The notes below the pieces were generated by a model, which saw only the letters and a list, made by a program, of their open reading frames with translations, ran no database searches and had not been told where the DNA came from. Positions 24,330 through 31,835 of a DNA stretch of 32,000 nucleotides are shown here, one piece after another. Both the position numbers and the translations under genes were made by a program. Source of the stretch: a virus; the IMG/VR virus record IMGVR_UViG_3300045988_065417, positions 1 to 32,000 of that record; one strand, 5' to 3'. Every line of letters begins with the position of its first letter. The first letter of the stretch is position 1.

Positions 24330-24359
24330 AGAATCAAGTTGCAGCTTGATTCTTTTTTT
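24330..24359 (+). terminator. Plus-strand-oriented intrinsic terminator (the only clear plus-strand signal in the window)
   Basis: AGAATCAAG-ttgcag-CTTGATTCT (9-bp perfect stem) followed by TTTTTT on the plus strand. On the minus strand it is followed by AAAATC. Confidence 0.55.
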
Positions 24360-24398
24360 ATATTCAATGTTCAAAAAAAGCTGAACATTCAATATAGT

Positions 24399-24923
24399 CT
24401 ATTTTTTAAAATTTTCAACTTGTATCTTTGCACATTGCCAAGATACTTTACAATTTTTCACGATATCATTTGCACTCATATTTTTTACTAAATCCATAGG
24501 AACTAAAAGCTCAGCTGCAAATGTATTTGCTTGCCATTCCGGGTTTATATAGAACGGAATTTCTTCGTTTGCTCTTGCAAAACGAATGTGATTCGCCGTA
24601 TGGAAAAGGTAATGAAACAATTCATGCGCTAACGTGAATCTAGATCTCCCGTCTCCATTAATTGCTTTTTCGTAAACGTCTGACCGCACTACCATCTCAT
24701 GAGTATCAGGATATGTTATAGCGTAATGTCCAGGTGTGATTTCATCTGGCTCAACAATACTCAGAGAAAATTCTTCATCAATTGTTGGCAACACAACATC
24801 AAGAAACTTAACTATCAGAAAACAATATCCCTTAATATTGAAAATTTTTCTAAGTCTTTTAGCAATTAATCGAATCTCATTTCTTGACAAACCATCCGCC
24901 TGGCACATTGTACTCATAAGCAA
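24399..24923 (-). CDS. ImmA/IrrE-family (COG2856) zinc metallopeptidase
   Basis: 174 aa. HEXXH motif in TLAHELFHYLFH, and a downstream EWQANTFAAELLVP motif. Its start abuts the XRE stop. Confidence 0.85.
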   Translation of the reverse strand: MLMSTMCQADGLSRNEIRLIAKRLRKIFNIKGYCFLIVKFLDVVLPTIDEEFSLSIVEPDEITPGHYAITYPDTHEMVVRSDVYEKAINGDGRSRFTLAHELFHYLFHTANHIRFARANEEIPFYINPEWQANTFAAELLVPMDLVKNMSANDIVKNCKVSWQCAKIQVENFKK

Positions 24924-25277
24924 CTAATCCTCCTTTAATACTTTTTCAATAGCTTTGATTTGATTCTCTGTTAATGAATCAAACTTTCGAGCAAAAGCAT
25001 TGGCTAAGCCAGCTAAATCAGCATCTTTCCCAATCAGATTTATATTCACGTTCTGTTTAGATAAATCCGCTGCTTTTTCCAGATTTTCTATCTCATTCTG
25101 TGAAAGACTGTATAAAGAAGTTAATGAACTAATAAAAGATTTTGGAATTGCTTTTTTTCCATGCTCAATCGCAGATAAATACGATGATTTCACACCTAAA
25201 CTATCCGCCATTGTTTTTAATAGTTCTCCTCGATCTAAACGAATTTTTCTGACTTCCTTCCCAAACGCTGTAAGCAT
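24924..25277 (-). CDS. XRE-family helix-turn-helix transcriptional regulator
   Basis: 117 aa. FGKEVRKIRLDRGELLKTMADSLGVKSSYLSAIEHGKKAIP is a canonical HTH_3 sequence. SD GGAGGA. Confidence 0.85.
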   Translation of the reverse strand: MLTAFGKEVRKIRLDRGELLKTMADSLGVKSSYLSAIEHGKKAIPKSFISSLTSLYSLSQNEIENLEKAADLSKQNVNINLIGKDADLAGLANAFARKFDSLTENQIKAIEKVLKED

Positions 25278-25313
25278 AAAGCAGTCCTCCTATCATTTCT
25301 CCAATGTCCATAG

Positions 25314-25343
25314 ATATTATCTCATAAAAAATTAATATGTCAA
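25314..25343 (-). promoter_or_regulatory. Sigma-A-type promoter of the XRE-ImmA cassette
   Basis: Minus strand TTGACA (25343-25338), 18-nt spacer, TAATAT (25319-25314), about 35 nt upstream of the XRE ATG. Confidence 0.6.
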
Positions 25344-25384
25344 CTTTTTAAAGTTATTATTTTAACTTTATATGGGTTAACTTT
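25340..25384. promoter_or_regulatory. Operator-like repeats: palindrome AACTTTTTAAAGTT overlapping the -35, plus direct repeats T(T/C)AACTTT
   Basis: AACTTT-TT-AAAGTT at 25342-25355. TCAACTTT at 25340-47, TTAACTTT at 25362-69 and 25377-84. Confidence 0.45.
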
Positions 25385-25385
25385 T

Positions 25386-25823
25386 TTACACTAAACTGTG
25401 TATCTCATTTCTTATATGTTTCCATAACCCTTTTCTAGAATATCCATATTTATCGGCTACATCATATGTATTCATATTCCAGAAGTACAGATCAAATAAT
25501 ATATTCTGGTCTTGCAAAGATAAAAGCTCGATTGCTCTGCATTCATTTAAACGTCTTCGATAATAATTTATTTCTTCCACTTTTAAAGTTTCTTCTTCCA
25601 TCATCCCTAAAGGACTTGTATAAGAACCATGAAAGGTCGGCATAGGAGCATTGGATTTCTCCTGCTCCTTTGTCAACCTAATTGGATTATGGCTTAGTCC
25701 TAACATTTTATGATTAAGAACCTCAAGTTCTTCGTTCAATTCAATAATTCGATGGCAGCAATAGTTTGCCGACTTCAAATCATTCAACATTTGATTTACT
25801 TTTAATTTGTTCATTTTGTCCAC
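25386..25823 (-). CDS. Putative late-gene transcriptional activator (sigma-70 region-4-like HTH; RinA/ArpU/DUF1492-like architecture)
   Basis: 145 aa. N-terminal coiled coil. C-terminus LSLQDQNILFDLYFWNMNTYDVADKYGYSRKGLWKHIRNEIHSL resembles region 4. It is the last gene of the early block. Confidence 0.5.
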   Translation of the reverse strand: MDKMNKLKVNQMLNDLKSANYCCHRIIELNEELEVLNHKMLGLSHNPIRLTKEQEKSNAPMPTFHGSYTSPLGMMEEETLKVEEINYYRRRLNECRAIELLSLQDQNILFDLYFWNMNTYDVADKYGYSRKGLWKHIRNEIHSLV

Positions 25824-26027
25824 CTACTTCTTCTTTGCGACAACTGACCCTCTATGCCAAGACTCTTCCCCACTACGATATCTTCTTTCGTTTGCTCTTT
25901 CCTGGTGTTTCTTATATTCTTTTAATCCTAGATTCTCACGTTCCAATCTAACAATGTAATCAATAGTGCTTTGCAAACATTCTCTTATATCTTCATCATG
26001 AATATCATTTACGTTTGCATTCATCAT
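25824..26027 (-). CDS. Hypothetical early protein (67 aa)
   Basis: ORF abutting its downstream neighbour and overlapping its upstream one. Charged, coiled-coil-like. Confidence 0.5.
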   Translation of the reverse strand: MMNANVNDIHDEDIRECLQSTIDYIVRLERENLGLKEYKKHQERANERRYRSGEESWHRGSVVAKKK

Positions 26028-26254
26028 TCATTCTCCGTAACAAATTCAATTTGTTCTCTATCAACACAAAACCTAGCACCATCATTAAATTCGATGTCGT
26101 ACAAATATCTAGTTGTGCCAACAAGCACACATATGTTTTGCTTGTGCGTAACATTACCAACTTGACCGATGTAATCTTCTTTGTGCTTACCAGTACTACT
26201 AATCAATTCTTCTTCGTACTTATCATCTAAATATAATAATCTAGCTTTCTGCAT
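26024..26254 (-). CDS. Hypothetical early protein (76 aa)
   Basis: ORF whose ATG overlaps the upstream stop (TAATG). Confidence 0.5.
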   Translation of the reverse strand: MQKARLLYLDDKYEEELISSTGKHKEDYIGQVGNVTHKQNICVLVGTTRYLYDIEFNDGARFCVDREQIEFVTENE

Positions 26255-26433
26255 TATTTGATTACCTCATAATTATCTAAGATTTCATGAATTGGAATAC
26301 TTGTACCAATGTCTTTAAAATATCCTTTTTTATACAATTCGAGCAAAGTACCGTAATTTGAAATACACTGCCGCATTCCACTATTTTTATATGCATTCAA
26401 TAAATCGTATTCGCATTGTGTTAATTTGTATGT
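26254..26433 (-). other. 59-codon open frame continuing in-frame beyond the TAA of the upstream gene (no ATG or SD at its 5' end)
   Basis: ...ASPYRN-TAA-TYKLTQCEYDLLNAYKNSGMRQCISNYGTLLELYKKGYFKDIGTSIPIHEILDNYEVIK-TAA. Protein-like composition. Confidence 0.4.
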
Positions 26434-26763
26434 TTAATTTCTGTATGGACTTGCCAACCATCTAAGTCTTTTCTTATTACAATTATCATTACCGCTAAAG
26501 CCGCATTTACTACAACTTGTATCTAAGCACTTCGTAAGTCTTCCATTAACTCGAGCAAAACCGCCTAGACCTACTGTTGACAAATATTCAAAATGATGAT
26601 CAAGATTCGTTTCTACTTTTGCTTCAAAATGCTCATTAATTAATGATGATAAAAAATCTAAGTTTACCGCAATTTGTTCCAACGCCCATTCGTCACAAAT
26701 TGAAGAATAAAACGCTTCTCTAATCTTTTTTATAGCATCTTCATAGTCTTTTTTTGTCACCAT
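26434..26763 (-). CDS. Hypothetical early protein, Cys-rich C-terminus (109 aa)
   Basis: ORF with CLDTSCSKCGFSGNDNC. Sits in the tightly packed early operon. Confidence 0.55.
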   Translation of the reverse strand: MVTKKDYEDAIKKIREAFYSSICDEWALEQIAVNLDFLSSLINEHFEAKVETNLDHHFEYLSTVGLGGFARVNGRLTKCLDTSCSKCGFSGNDNCNKKRLRWLASPYRN

Positions 26764-26991
26764 TTAAATCCACCCCAGTTCTTCTTTTTGTTTTTGAATG
26801 GCTTTCTTTACATTTTCATCAGGGATTTTTATTGCCATTCCACACGAGCAGTGACAAGTTTTTTTCTTTAAATCAAATGTGACAATTTCAATCGTCTGCC
26901 CTGTTAAATGACTAACTTTTTTGTAATAAATAGAGTGTTTAAAGTGTCTCCAGTTGTAACCTAACTCTAAAAACATGTCTTCTGCTGTCAC
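26764..26991 (-). CDS. Hypothetical early protein (75 aa)
   Basis: ORF abutting or overlapping its neighbours. Confidence 0.5.
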   Translation of the reverse strand: MTAEDMFLELGYNWRHFKHSIYYKKVSHLTGQTIEIVTFDLKKKTCHCSCGMAIKIPDENVKKAIQKQKEELGWI

Positions 26992-27323
26992 TCTTCATCT
27001 CTCCAATCTAATGCTTGTCCACAACTTGGACAATATTTAAAATCATTTCCACTCATATGTTCTAAATTGCAATTTGGACACCACCAATCATACCTAGGAA
27101 TGTTTGTTCCATCTCTATAATTATCTTTTCTAATTAACTCTTTTATTTCTGGTTTTTTTGGAGTTGCTCTTTCAACCAATTCTTGTGATGTTTCGCATGA
27201 GCTATAATAAAAGTTTTGTAAATACTTTGCAGTGCGATATCCATCACCACTTTTATCTAGCACTATGTTTTTAATCTCATCTAACGCTTCTTTATATTTA
27301 TTCATAGCCTTGTAACACCTCAA
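26988..27323 (-). CDS. Hypothetical zinc-ribbon protein (111 aa)
   Basis: CPNC...17 aa...CPSC pair near the C-terminus. Confidence 0.55.
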   Translation of the reverse strand: MRCYKAMNKYKEALDEIKNIVLDKSGDGYRTAKYLQNFYYSSCETSQELVERATPKKPEIKELIRKDNYRDGTNIPRYDWWCPNCNLEHMSGNDFKYCPSCGQALDWRDEE

Positions 27324-27546
27324 TTCCTAACTTTTCATATTCTTCTTTAATTAATTCTTTGTAATCTTCATAATATTCATCAGAACTACAAGCGCCTTTA
27401 GCGGAATAATAAGTAGTTTCTTCAATATCTTTGTTTCTCAATAAATCAGAAAATAAATCATCTAAATCTCCACCATAGTTGTATATTTCTTCTGATAAAT
27501 CATCTTCACAATAAATATTTCCGTTGTATTCGTATTTTTTATTCAT
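27298..27546 (-). CDS. Highly acidic, Tyr-rich small protein (82 aa)
   Basis: Hand count: 23 D/E against 8 K/R. Confidence 0.55.
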   Translation of the reverse strand: MNKKYEYNGNIYCEDDLSEEIYNYGGDLDDLFSDLLRNKDIEETTYYSAKGACSSDEYYEDYKELIKEEYEKLGIEVLQGYE

Positions 27547-27799
27547 ATCCCTTTATCTCCCTTTTTAAATCTTCAATAGCCTGTTTAACTTGTTTCAAGT
27601 CTAAATCTACGTTAGAAACTAAATCTGCCATACGATTATTAGAATAACTCTGTAAAGCCGATTCTAGCGTTGTATGGTATGAGATAGGCATTTGTACGTC
27701 TATCTCATTTCCTTCTTTATCCTTGCCCTTCACGAACGTTACAAGGGCGAACGAACCACTTCTAGAAGTGATTGCATAATTGTTTTTTAATTTAATCAT
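27539..27799 (-). CDS. Hypothetical early protein (86 aa)
   Basis: ORF overlapping its neighbours. Confidence 0.5.
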   Translation of the reverse strand: MIKLKNNYAITSRSGSFALVTFVKGKDKEGNEIDVQMPISYHTTLESALQSYSNNRMADLVSNVDLDLKQVKQAIEDLKREIKGYE

Positions 27800-28025
27800 C
27801 TTCTTTTCCTTCTTTCTCTTTCACTAATTCTTCATATTTGTCGGCTATAAATCCATCCATATCTTGTTTTGTGAACCCTAGATTTAATAAATCATCTTTA
27901 TAATTCATTCCGTAATTAAATGAATCTATATCCAAATAGTGCTCTAATGAATAGTTCTCAACGTCTAAAAATCTACAATTGAGTTCTAGAATGTATTTCT
28001 TATACTGATCTATTTTTTCGGCCAA
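27792..28025 (-). CDS. Acidic small protein (77 aa); start uncertain (TTG, no SD)
   Basis: The track start is TTG. The frame is open upstream to 28061 with no ATG. It lies in the -1 frame relative to the upstream 43-aa ORF, across an A9 tract. Confidence 0.45.
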   Translation of the reverse strand: MAEKIDQYKKYILELNCRFLDVENYSLEHYLDIDSFNYGMNYKDDLLNLGFTKQDMDGFIADKYEELVKEKEGKEDD

Positions 28026-28030
28026 ATCAT

Positions 28031-28162
28031 TTATTTTTTTTTGGCTTGTGCAACATCTTCGCTATGTGATTCTTGTTCCTCTTTTAGCCTTCTTTTTAAA
28101 TACTCGTTATTAAACTTTAACGTATCATATGTTTCTAGTGACATTTGAACAAACGCTTCCAT
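28031..28162 (-). CDS. Small ORF (43 aa, MEAFVQMSLETYDTLKFNNEYLKRRLKEEQESHSEDVAQAKKK)
   Basis: Not in the ORF track. SD GAGGAGGA upstream. Its ATG overlaps the upstream stop (TAATG). Confidence 0.5.
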   Translation of the reverse strand: MEAFVQMSLETYDTLKFNNEYLKRRLKEEQESHSEDVAQAKKK

Positions 28163-28332
28163 TAAAAATCATCCTCCTCATTTGAATTATCATTAATAAT
28201 TGCATTGTATAAGAATTCAATACGTTCTCTGTATTCCTCTTTTGTGATTTCTGACAAAGGTTTTTTAAATCCTGTAGGTAGCAATTTGAATCCGAATTCT
28301 TTTTCAAATTCATCTAAATCTTTTTCTGTCAT
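28162..28332 (-). CDS. Small ORF (56 aa, MTEKDLDEFEKEFGFKLLPTGFKKPLSEITKEEYRERIEFLYNAIINDNSNEEDDF)
   Basis: Not in the ORF track. Protein-like composition. Replaces the implausible 62-aa track ORF 28125-28313. Confidence 0.5.
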   Translation of the reverse strand: MTEKDLDEFEKEFGFKLLPTGFKKPLSEITKEEYRERIEFLYNAIINDNSNEEDDF

Positions 28333-28344
28333 ATTTACACGTCA

Positions 28345-28641
28345 TCACTTTTCTTTTTCTTCTAACATGCGAAGTTCTGCATAGTCTACTCTTTTCTTTA
28401 CTGTTATCACTTCATCATCGGCAGGCATATAAAACGTTAATCCACACTGATTCTCAATAAGTTCTTCAATTCTATCTAGAACCTTCAACGCTTTTTCTTT
28501 ACTGGAATATCTACCTAAATCGTAGCTTGATTTATCATGTTCTAAACTAATCAAACATTCATCAGGATACTCATTAATTAGCATTCCGTCAGATGTATCA
28601 ACATTCATTAACAACCGTTTATTTTGACTTCTAATCCACAT
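28345..28641 (-). CDS. Hypothetical early protein (98 aa)
   Basis: ORF starting directly after the dUTPase-like gene. Confidence 0.5.
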   Translation of the reverse strand: MWIRSQNKRLLMNVDTSDGMLINEYPDECLISLEHDKSSYDLGRYSSKEKALKVLDRIEELIENQCGLTFYMPADDEVITVKKRVDYAELRMLEEKEK

Positions 28642-28642
28642 C

Positions 28643-29140
28643 TTAATACCCCTTCGCTAATCTTTCTTTATTGATCTCATTCTTGCGAATATATTCGTTA
28701 TAAATTTCTTCAATCGAATATCCTAAATGACATCCTAATGCGATTACGTAAGCTAATACGTTATCATCTCGTGTTAAACTGATTACACAACTAAATGCAT
28801 ATGCCTGTCCAAATCCTAAATCAGTTTTAAGCTTGTTGTAATTCCACTTAATATCCTCATCCATATAACATCCTGTACCAAATTTGATTTCGTACATTAA
28901 AGCGAAATGTACAACATCAATGTATTCCTCAAATACTTTAGATTCGTCTTTAGGTTCTTGCGTGAACTTCCACCAACACCAATCTGATTTCTGAGCGTGC
29001 ATCAATTCTCCTAATTCATCAAACAATGCACTTTCTAATTGGCTTTTAGAAACATAGTCAACATTATGCTTCTTAAATACTTCCGCATCATATGCTTTCT
29101 GTCTTTCAAGCATATCTTTAATTAATTCTGTACTTGTCAT
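28643..29140 (-). CDS. Dimeric dUTPase-like / MazG-like nucleotide pyrophosphohydrolase
   Basis: 165 aa. The pattern MLERQKAYD...LFDELGELMHAQKSDWCWWKF...EYIDVVHFAL resembles the dUTPase_2 family. Confidence 0.55.
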   Translation of the reverse strand: MTSTELIKDMLERQKAYDAEVFKKHNVDYVSKSQLESALFDELGELMHAQKSDWCWWKFTQEPKDESKVFEEYIDVVHFALMYEIKFGTGCYMDEDIKWNYNKLKTDLGFGQAYAFSCVISLTRDDNVLAYVIALGCHLGYSIEEIYNEYIRKNEINKERLAKGY

Positions 29141-29151
29141 TTGGTTCTCCT

Positions 29152-29964
29152 TTAAAACAATTGTGTTTCTACGTTGGACAACATCTTTTCTTTTGCTTGG
29201 TTATAAAAATTCTTTTTAATTTCAAATCCATAACAACTTCTTTTTAATTCCGCACAAGCTCTAAGTGTTGAACAACTTCCAGCTACTGGATCAATCACCA
29301 CATCGCCTTCATCTGTATAAATCTCAATCAACTGTTTCAACAGATTTACGGGCTTTTGTGTAGGATGAATCTTCGGTATATCTTTTCCATCACGTTCAAA
29401 TTCAAACCAATCTTTAATCATTTTTCCAGTTCCTTTAATCGGTTTTCCATCTTCTCCAATTTGTCTACCATTTCTAAATTTAGGCAATTTGTCACGCCAC
29501 AGAACCAAAGCACATTCGGTAGCACCTACAATTCGCATATTTGCTTTAAGCACTTGTGATGATGATTTCTTTACAAAGAACAATGGCTGCGTATGTTTGA
29601 AACCAAATTGTTTTGAATACTCTGTAATCTCATTCAACTGTTGCCATGAACAAAATATGATCATGCATGGTGCTTTCCCTTTTTCCTTCGGCTCTTTCTT
29701 TAATAATCGAGTACAAAAATTGAAGAAATTATAGATCTTAAAATCCTTGTCAGTATCAAAGAACTCACTATTAGCTTTCTTTGATTCTCCATTTTTATTG
29801 TCACCCCCCACGTACCAATCACTTCTGCTACCATATGCATTTTTACCAATGTTATACGGTATATCTGCAATAATTAATTGTGCACGTGGGATTTGGTATC
29901 TTTTAGCATTTTCAAAGTGATCGTTGAATAATTCAATCTTCACTCGCTTTTGATATTCACTCAT
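29152..29964 (-). CDS. DNA methyltransferase, beta class (N6-adenine or N4-cytosine)
   Basis: I prefer the ATG at 29964 (SD GGGAGG) to the track start at 30066. Motif IV IIADIPYNIG comes before HPTQKP and motif I VIDPVAGSCSTLRACAEL. Confidence 0.85.
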   Translation of the reverse strand: MSEYQKRVKIELFNDHFENAKRYQIPRAQLIIADIPYNIGKNAYGSRSDWYVGGDNKNGESKKANSEFFDTDKDFKIYNFFNFCTRLLKKEPKEKGKAPCMIIFCSWQQLNEITEYSKQFGFKHTQPLFFVKKSSSQVLKANMRIVGATECALVLWRDKLPKFRNGRQIGEDGKPIKGTGKMIKDWFEFERDGKDIPKIHPTQKPVNLLKQLIEIYTDEGDVVIDPVAGSCSTLRACAELKRSCYGFEIKKNFYNQAKEKMLSNVETQLF

Positions 29965-29986
29965 TCTTGTTCCTCCCTTTCTGTTT

Positions 29987-30322
29987 TTAAAACAACGTTT
30001 CTTGTTCATACTTTTTACCATTGCACGTGAATACATTAGATTTCTTTTCTTGAGACTTTGATTCATCCCAGTATTTAACTAACTCGTTATAATTGCTTGT
30101 GAACGTCCCATCATAAGCAACTCCATTAATTACTGTATGATAATCAAGATCAATTTCTTCATCTTCGCCTATTCTTTCAAAAACTAGTGCGTGCTCGTAA
30201 TCTATATAAAAATCTGCTTTTGGAAACACACGCTTAATATATTTGTCCGCTTCTTTTAATTCGTAGTTTTTAAAGAATGAAGCATACCTTCCGTAAACGT
30301 TATTTATCAACATATTCCCCAA
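29987..30322 (-). CDS. Hypothetical early protein (111 aa)
   Basis: ORF in the early operon. Confidence 0.5.
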   Translation of the reverse strand: MGNMLINNVYGRYASFFKNYELKEADKYIKRVFPKADFYIDYEHALVFERIGEDEEIDLDYHTVINGVAYDGTFTSNYNELVKYWDESKSQEKKSNVFTCNGKKYEQETLF

Positions 30323-30509
30323 TGTATAGACTTCCTTCGATTACATACAGATTCATAATGTTTTCCTTTTTTACCCCTAGAAAATCTTTTCCAGGCTTTT
30401 TAAAAGCTAGTTTTCCATCTTTTGTACAGTATTTGTATTTGTTAGAACTATCATCATCACATCTTTGAACACTGTACATAAGTTCATCATCATATCTTTT
30501 TGCAATCAT
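30300..30509 (-). CDS. Hypothetical early protein (69 aa)
   Basis: ORF immediately after the SSB gene. Confidence 0.45.
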   Translation of the reverse strand: MIAKRYDDELMYSVQRCDDDSSNKYKYCTKDGKLAFKKPGKDFLGVKKENIMNLYVIEGSLYIGEYVDK

Positions 30510-30911
30510 CTAGAATGGCATCCCTTCGTCATTATCATAATGTTCAGGATAAGACTGATAATTTACTTTATTTGTAAATGGAACTGTTTGTGGCATTGTC
30601 GCATTGTTTAAAGCCAATTCTACGTCCATTACGTACACGCTAGTCTTATACACCTTTTGATTGTCTTTGTTCGTGTATGAGCTTTTTTGAAGCTTTCCGT
30701 CAACTGCAATGTGTTGTCCTCTAAATCCATATTGATTAATATGTTCTGCATTATCTCCCCAAGCAGTACAATCGAAGAAAGATTTAAACTCTTGTCCATT
30801 CTTTCCTTTGTCCTTAACCTCGATAGAAAAATTACATAGGCTTTGCCCTGCTGCAGTTTTCTTTAAAGTGATATCGCTACCGATTTCACCTGATAAAATA
30901 ACTCTGTTCAT
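30510..30911 (-). CDS. ssb: Single-stranded DNA-binding protein
   Basis: 133 aa. OB-fold pattern MNRVILSGEIGSD...FDCTAWGDNAE and an acidic C-terminal tip DNDEGMPF. Confidence 0.85.
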   Translation of the reverse strand: MNRVILSGEIGSDITLKKTAAGQSLCNFSIEVKDKGKNGQEFKSFFDCTAWGDNAEHINQYGFRGQHIAVDGKLQKSSYTNKDNQKVYKTSVYVMDVELALNNATMPQTVPFTNKVNYQSYPEHYDNDEGMPF

Positions 30912-30926
30912 TTCTTTTCAACTCCT

Positions 30927-31571
30927 TTATACAAATTCGACACCTATCAAATTGGGTTTGATCCCTTCCAACATCTGATACAAATAAGGTACAGAGATAA
31001 AATTCTTATTGGCACATTCTGCAATCGAGTTATAAATTTTATCTCCAACCTTTACCTTCTTCGAGTTTTTTAATCTGTTTACTTCTGATAGATCTACTAA
31101 CTTTAGATTTTCTATTTTTAAATCCCCATCACATACAACAATGTGTTTATCTTTTATTTCCCCAACAAACGCTTTATACGCTTCCCCAAGAACGCTTATA
31201 TATTTCTTTCGCTTTCCATCTATGATTTTTACAACATATCTAGTTTCGCTTGTTTTTCGGATACGCATTTCTCTTTCCGTTCCATCAAATGGTGAAACAG
31301 AAACGACTCTTATGTGACTTGTAACGTAATATCTAAATCCGGAATCACTTTCACCAACCAATTGGTATAGTTCCTCCGATTCACTTGTTGGAAGCTCTCT
31401 GCCGCTCTCACGAATGACGGGAACGAGAATACATCCGTTATAGACTTCCTCGTTTCTCACCATTTTAGTGAACTGGGCATTTGTAATGCCCAATTCCCTC
31501 ATTACATCTTTGGCAATTACGATTCCACGTACATTTGATATATCTCTTATGTCCAGCATGTAATATTTCAC
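30927..31571 (-). CDS. Degenerate homing-endonuclease-like DNA-binding protein (NUMOD4/HNH_3-like core lacking the catalytic His, NUMOD1-like C-terminal HTH)
   Basis: 214 aa. YYVTSHIRVVSV (NUMOD4-like). IVVCDGDLKIENLKLV sits where HNH_3 has v.H.DG...NN..NL. IYNSIAECANKNFISVPYLYQML is HTH-like. Confidence 0.4.
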   Translation of the reverse strand: MKYYMLDIRDISNVRGIVIAKDVMRELGITNAQFTKMVRNEEVYNGCILVPVIRESGRELPTSESEELYQLVGESDSGFRYYVTSHIRVVSVSPFDGTEREMRIRKTSETRYVVKIIDGKRKKYISVLGEAYKAFVGEIKDKHIVVCDGDLKIENLKLVDLSEVNRLKNSKKVKVGDKIYNSIAECANKNFISVPYLYQMLEGIKPNLIGVEFV

Positions 31572-31586
31572 TTTTGCCCCTCCTGA

Positions 31587-31823
31587 TTATTTCGTCTCCT
31601 CGAAGCCTAAGTAATCACCACTGTATTTACTTGATTCAAGCTTCTTTTCTAGCTCATGTTTCTGATATTCAAGTGTTCTAATCTTTCGCCTGTATTCTTC
31701 ATATTTGTAGATACATTTACAGGCTTTGTCTTGTTCTTCCTGAATTCTTTTTCCAACAAATAGGCTATATAGAAGAAGTGTTGTACCACTTCCACATATA
31801 ACCCCACAAAACCAATTAATCAT
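31587..31823 (-). CDS. Small membrane-anchored coiled-coil protein (78 aa)
   Basis: N-terminal hydrophobic segment followed by a charged helix. Confidence 0.5.
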   Translation of the reverse strand: MINWFCGVICGSGTTLLLYSLFVGKRIQEEQDKACKCIYKYEEYRRKIRTLEYQKHELEKKLESSKYSGDYLGFEETK

Positions 31824-31835
31824 TTAATCACCTTT

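Noticed and set aside
23960-24330. Plus-strand promoter that would feed the plus-oriented terminator at 24330-24359
   Set aside because: Several TATAAT-like hexamers exist in this AT-rich stretch (for example around 24023), but none has a usable -35 or a TG extension at correct spacing. I left this as an open question rather than a feature.
24366-24395. Hairpin right after the ImmA stop as its terminator
   Set aside because: The stem (ATGTTCA/TGAACAT, extendable with one mismatch) is followed on the minus strand by ATATAAAAAAA rather than a T-run. On the plus strand the T-run is 11 nt away. It is not a canonical terminator in either direction.
28125-28313. 62-aa ORF from the six-frame track
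   Set aside because: It has odd composition and no SD, and it cuts across two better small ORFs (28162-28332 and 28031-28162) that have protein-like sequence, an SD and a coupled TAATG junction.
29965-30066. N-terminal extensions given by the ORF track (methyltransferase from 30066, DUF4417 from 23953, fibre from 5256, lysis protein from 2649, Gp15-like from 11717)
   Set aside because: In each case an internal ATG is preceded by a good SD at 5-9 nt, and the extension overlaps the upstream gene or terminator. I used the shorter starts.
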